From Candidatus Vampirococcus lugosii (GTDB lineage: Bacteria > Patescibacteriota > Gracilibacteria > Absconditabacterales > Absconditicoccaceae), in assembly GCF_018420025.1 (NCBI RefSeq), contig NZ_JAEDAM010000057.1:1-6493 (forward strand): a stretch of 6,493 nucleotides of DNA, read 5' to 3'. This document shows, one piece after another, positions 6,446 to 6,493 of the stretch. Positions within the stretch are counted from its first letter, which is position 1, and each line of letters starts with the position of its first letter. The notes beneath the pieces are model-generated. The model had not been told where the DNA came from. It made no database searches and saw only the letters and a list, made by a program, of their open reading frames with translations. Position numbers and translations under genes: made by a program.

Positions 6446-6493
6446 ATGAGAAAATTGTTGTTATTACTAGTACTTTGACTTATTCCGGTTTTT
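6446..6493 (+). CDS. possible start of a third exported protein (only 16 codons visible)
   Basis: ATG at 6446 followed by MRKLLLLLVLGLIPVF, where Gly = TGA. This looks like a signal peptide, and the ORF runs off the right edge. It is too short to confirm. Confidence 0.3.

Noticed and set aside
1-6493. Translation table 4 (UGA = Trp; Mycoplasma/Spiroplasma-like), suggested by the AT-richness and frequent in-frame TGA
   Set aside because: The TGA positions align with invariant glycines (P-loop, FxGxG, VSGSRF, REAGxYG, IEGG), not tryptophans. Conserved Trp positions use TGG.
1-6493. tRNA, rRNA, CRISPR arrays, transposases/integrases or terminal inverted repeats of a mobile element
   Set aside because: No intergenic segment has the G/C content or cloverleaf-compatible pairing of a tRNA. 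There are no regularly spaced repeats, and none of the table-25 translations resembles a recombinase or transposase.

Overview
Very AT-rich bacterial chromosomal window. It looks almost non-coding in the standard code, where the ORF track finds only four ORFs of about 70 aa. If TGA is read as a sense codon it is about 85% coding. TGA falls on invariant glycines in four unrelated conserved proteins: the SerRS motifs, the YjjX IEGG motif, the methyltransferase FxGxG motif and an ATPase P-loop. TGG is still used for Trp. The code is therefore translation table 25 (UGA=Gly; Gracilibacteria / Absconditabacteria-SR1, CPR/Patescibacteria), not table 4 or 11. Re-read this way the window holds six complete or partial CDSs plus a possible seventh. 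On the minus strand there is a yjjX-like ITP/XTPase. Also on the minus strand, a compact DNA-methyltransferase-like gene lies 3 nt upstream of an RloC/PrrC-like AAA_13-type ATPase that runs off the left edge. On the plus strand, serS is followed by two unrecognisable genes with N-terminal hydrophobic anchors, and a third signal-peptide-like start sits at the right edge. No rRNA, tRNA, CRISPR array or mobile element could be supported. The points most worth follow-up are the recoding itself, the MTase-ATPase pair as a candidate restriction-linked defence module whose effector end is outside the window, and the cluster of orphan exported proteins. All translation, coordinates and codon counts were done by hand, and no homology search was possible.
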